The notes beneath the pieces are model-generated. The model worked only from the letters and a program-made list of their open reading frames with translations. It had not been told where the DNA came from and ran no database searches. A DNA stretch of 63,395 nucleotides, filler included, from Licmophora abbreviata (taxonomy: Eukaryota), in NCBI GenBank assembly GCA_900291995.1. It is 16 parts of 16 records of this genome, joined end to end, with 100 filler letters (N's around TTAATTAATTAA, not from the genome) between each part and the next. Parts side by side here need not be neighbours in the genome. Positions count along the whole stretch, not along the records: positions 59,566 to 63,395 come from OLMU01003993.1; 15 more parts are not named here. One strand, written 5' to 3'. Shown here in pieces: positions 62,301 through 63,395 of this stretch (the first letter of the stretch is position 1; the number at the start of each line of letters is the position of its first letter). Made by a program: the position numbers and the translations under genes.

Positions 62301-62562
62301 GATTGTTCGTCCCGATTGCCAGATCCTCCATGTTCGACGGGCAGAACAATGGATTGATATGTGTTTAGTTGTGTGCATGAAAAAGAAAAAAAGCCATGTT
62401 GAAGACAGGCAATACATTTAACCGGTAACCATTACACAAATTAGTTTGATGAGAGCAGCCTACTGAGTCATTAGAATGCAGTCCGTCGCTGTCTCGCGAT
62501 ATCATTGTGAGCACATATAGCACGCGGGTGCAAAAGAATAACCTGCACGAGCGCCACACTCT

Positions 62563-63395
62563 CTACTCGCTACCGGAGGCGGAAGTCGACACAAGATCCG
62601 TTTTGGGAGAATCGTGCGTATGCGCTCGAATCTTGGCGGAGGTGATAACCGTCAGGCGACGAGTCTGTTCTGTCTTGTTCGCCATGACGGACGTAATATT
62701 CGATACATTCATTTCAGTGACATCCTCTCCGTCGATTTCAACTATTAAAATACAAGAACATGTGAGGAACTCAAAATCTCAGACCAGAGCAACAAATAAC
62801 TGGCGGGTCGTCACTTACTCAATCGATCGCCGGGAACAAGAGCTCCGTGCAGAACACTGTGAGGGCGCAGCTCGGACACAACAGTCCCTTTGCCATCGTG
62901 ACGATTCGCAAGAATAACTCCAAGTTTTCCGGGTGGGACCACGACTATGACCCTCTGTTTTGAGCTGACTTTGCCATGCGTCGAACGCGAGGATCTGCTT
63001 AAACCACTCACACTATGGGAGCCACCAAAGCTCGATGGACCACGACTCTCTGATTCCGGCGTCTTCAGAGAGGCGAGCTGCATTTCGAGACGCTGGAGAT
63101 CATTTTCCAAGCTGCGTGGAGCCAAAGATATCTCTGAGGCACTTTTCTGGTCAATGTAAGATCCGAACGAGCTGTGACTCCCGTGGCTACTTACGCTTCC
63201 ACCGGTTCGGCGCTTCCGAGGTCGACGACGTCCACGGCTGCCACGGCTCCGCCCAGAGCGGGCTGATTGATAGGAGCGATTAGACTTTGCAGACATGCGG
63301 GACAAACCACCCAGTGAATCCATGTCAGCTGACGTCGAGCGTGGACCAAGCGTATCGGCGACAGTCCCAAACAACCACTTATTATCAACGCCATT
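62563..63395 (-). CDS. PDZ-domain protein, paralogue of 23168-25708 (5'-partial; intron 62742-62818)
   Basis: LGPRSTSADMDSLGG, NDLQRLEMQLA and VVVPPGKLGVILANRHDGKGTVVS...PGDRL|IEIDGEDVTEMNVSNITSVM. Stop at 62563. Confidence 0.87.

Overview
Gene-dense eukaryotic DNA, almost certainly from a diatom (photosynthetic stramenopile). Evidence: short GT-AG introns, a fucoxanthin-chlorophyll (Lhcf) gene and ASAFAP-type bipartite plastid presequences. The window is a draft scaffold joined by 15 artificial 100-bp spacers (N44-TTAATTAATTAA-N44). At several spacers the flanks overlap, so local gene order there is real. About 34 genes or gene fragments are recognisable: SIN3, plastid NFU, ceramide synthase, GT4 glycosyltransferase, ARL6IP4/SR-25, three pseudouridine synthases (RluA, TruA, RsuA/RluB), an exostosin-like protein, Lhcf, a BTB protein, two SAM-methyltransferase-like proteins, DDX41, two PDZ paralogues, three copies of a Cys-rich secreted protein, alkaline ceramidase, SPX-MFS transporter, ATG9, GH2 beta-galactosidase, Tim17-like protein, cytochrome P450, NPRL3, LAMTOR2, endonuclease V and PRPP synthetase. 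Best leads: (1) an ING N-terminal domain fused to an SGF29 tandem Tudor in place of the usual PHD finger, spliced through a predicted 10-nt micro-exon; (2) NPRL3 (GATOR1) and LAMTOR2 (Ragulator), two opposing regulators of Rag/TORC1, head-to-head across about 190 bp; (3) a Cys-repeat surface-protein family with an invariant 100-bp exon and one copy carrying an in-frame TGA; (4) ATG9 and a membrane-anchored LacZ whose stop codons are 5 bp apart. Four one-base frameshifts at homopolymers look like sequencing errors. No CRISPR, rRNA, tRNA or clear transposon was found. All family calls rest on motif recognition by eye, not database searches.
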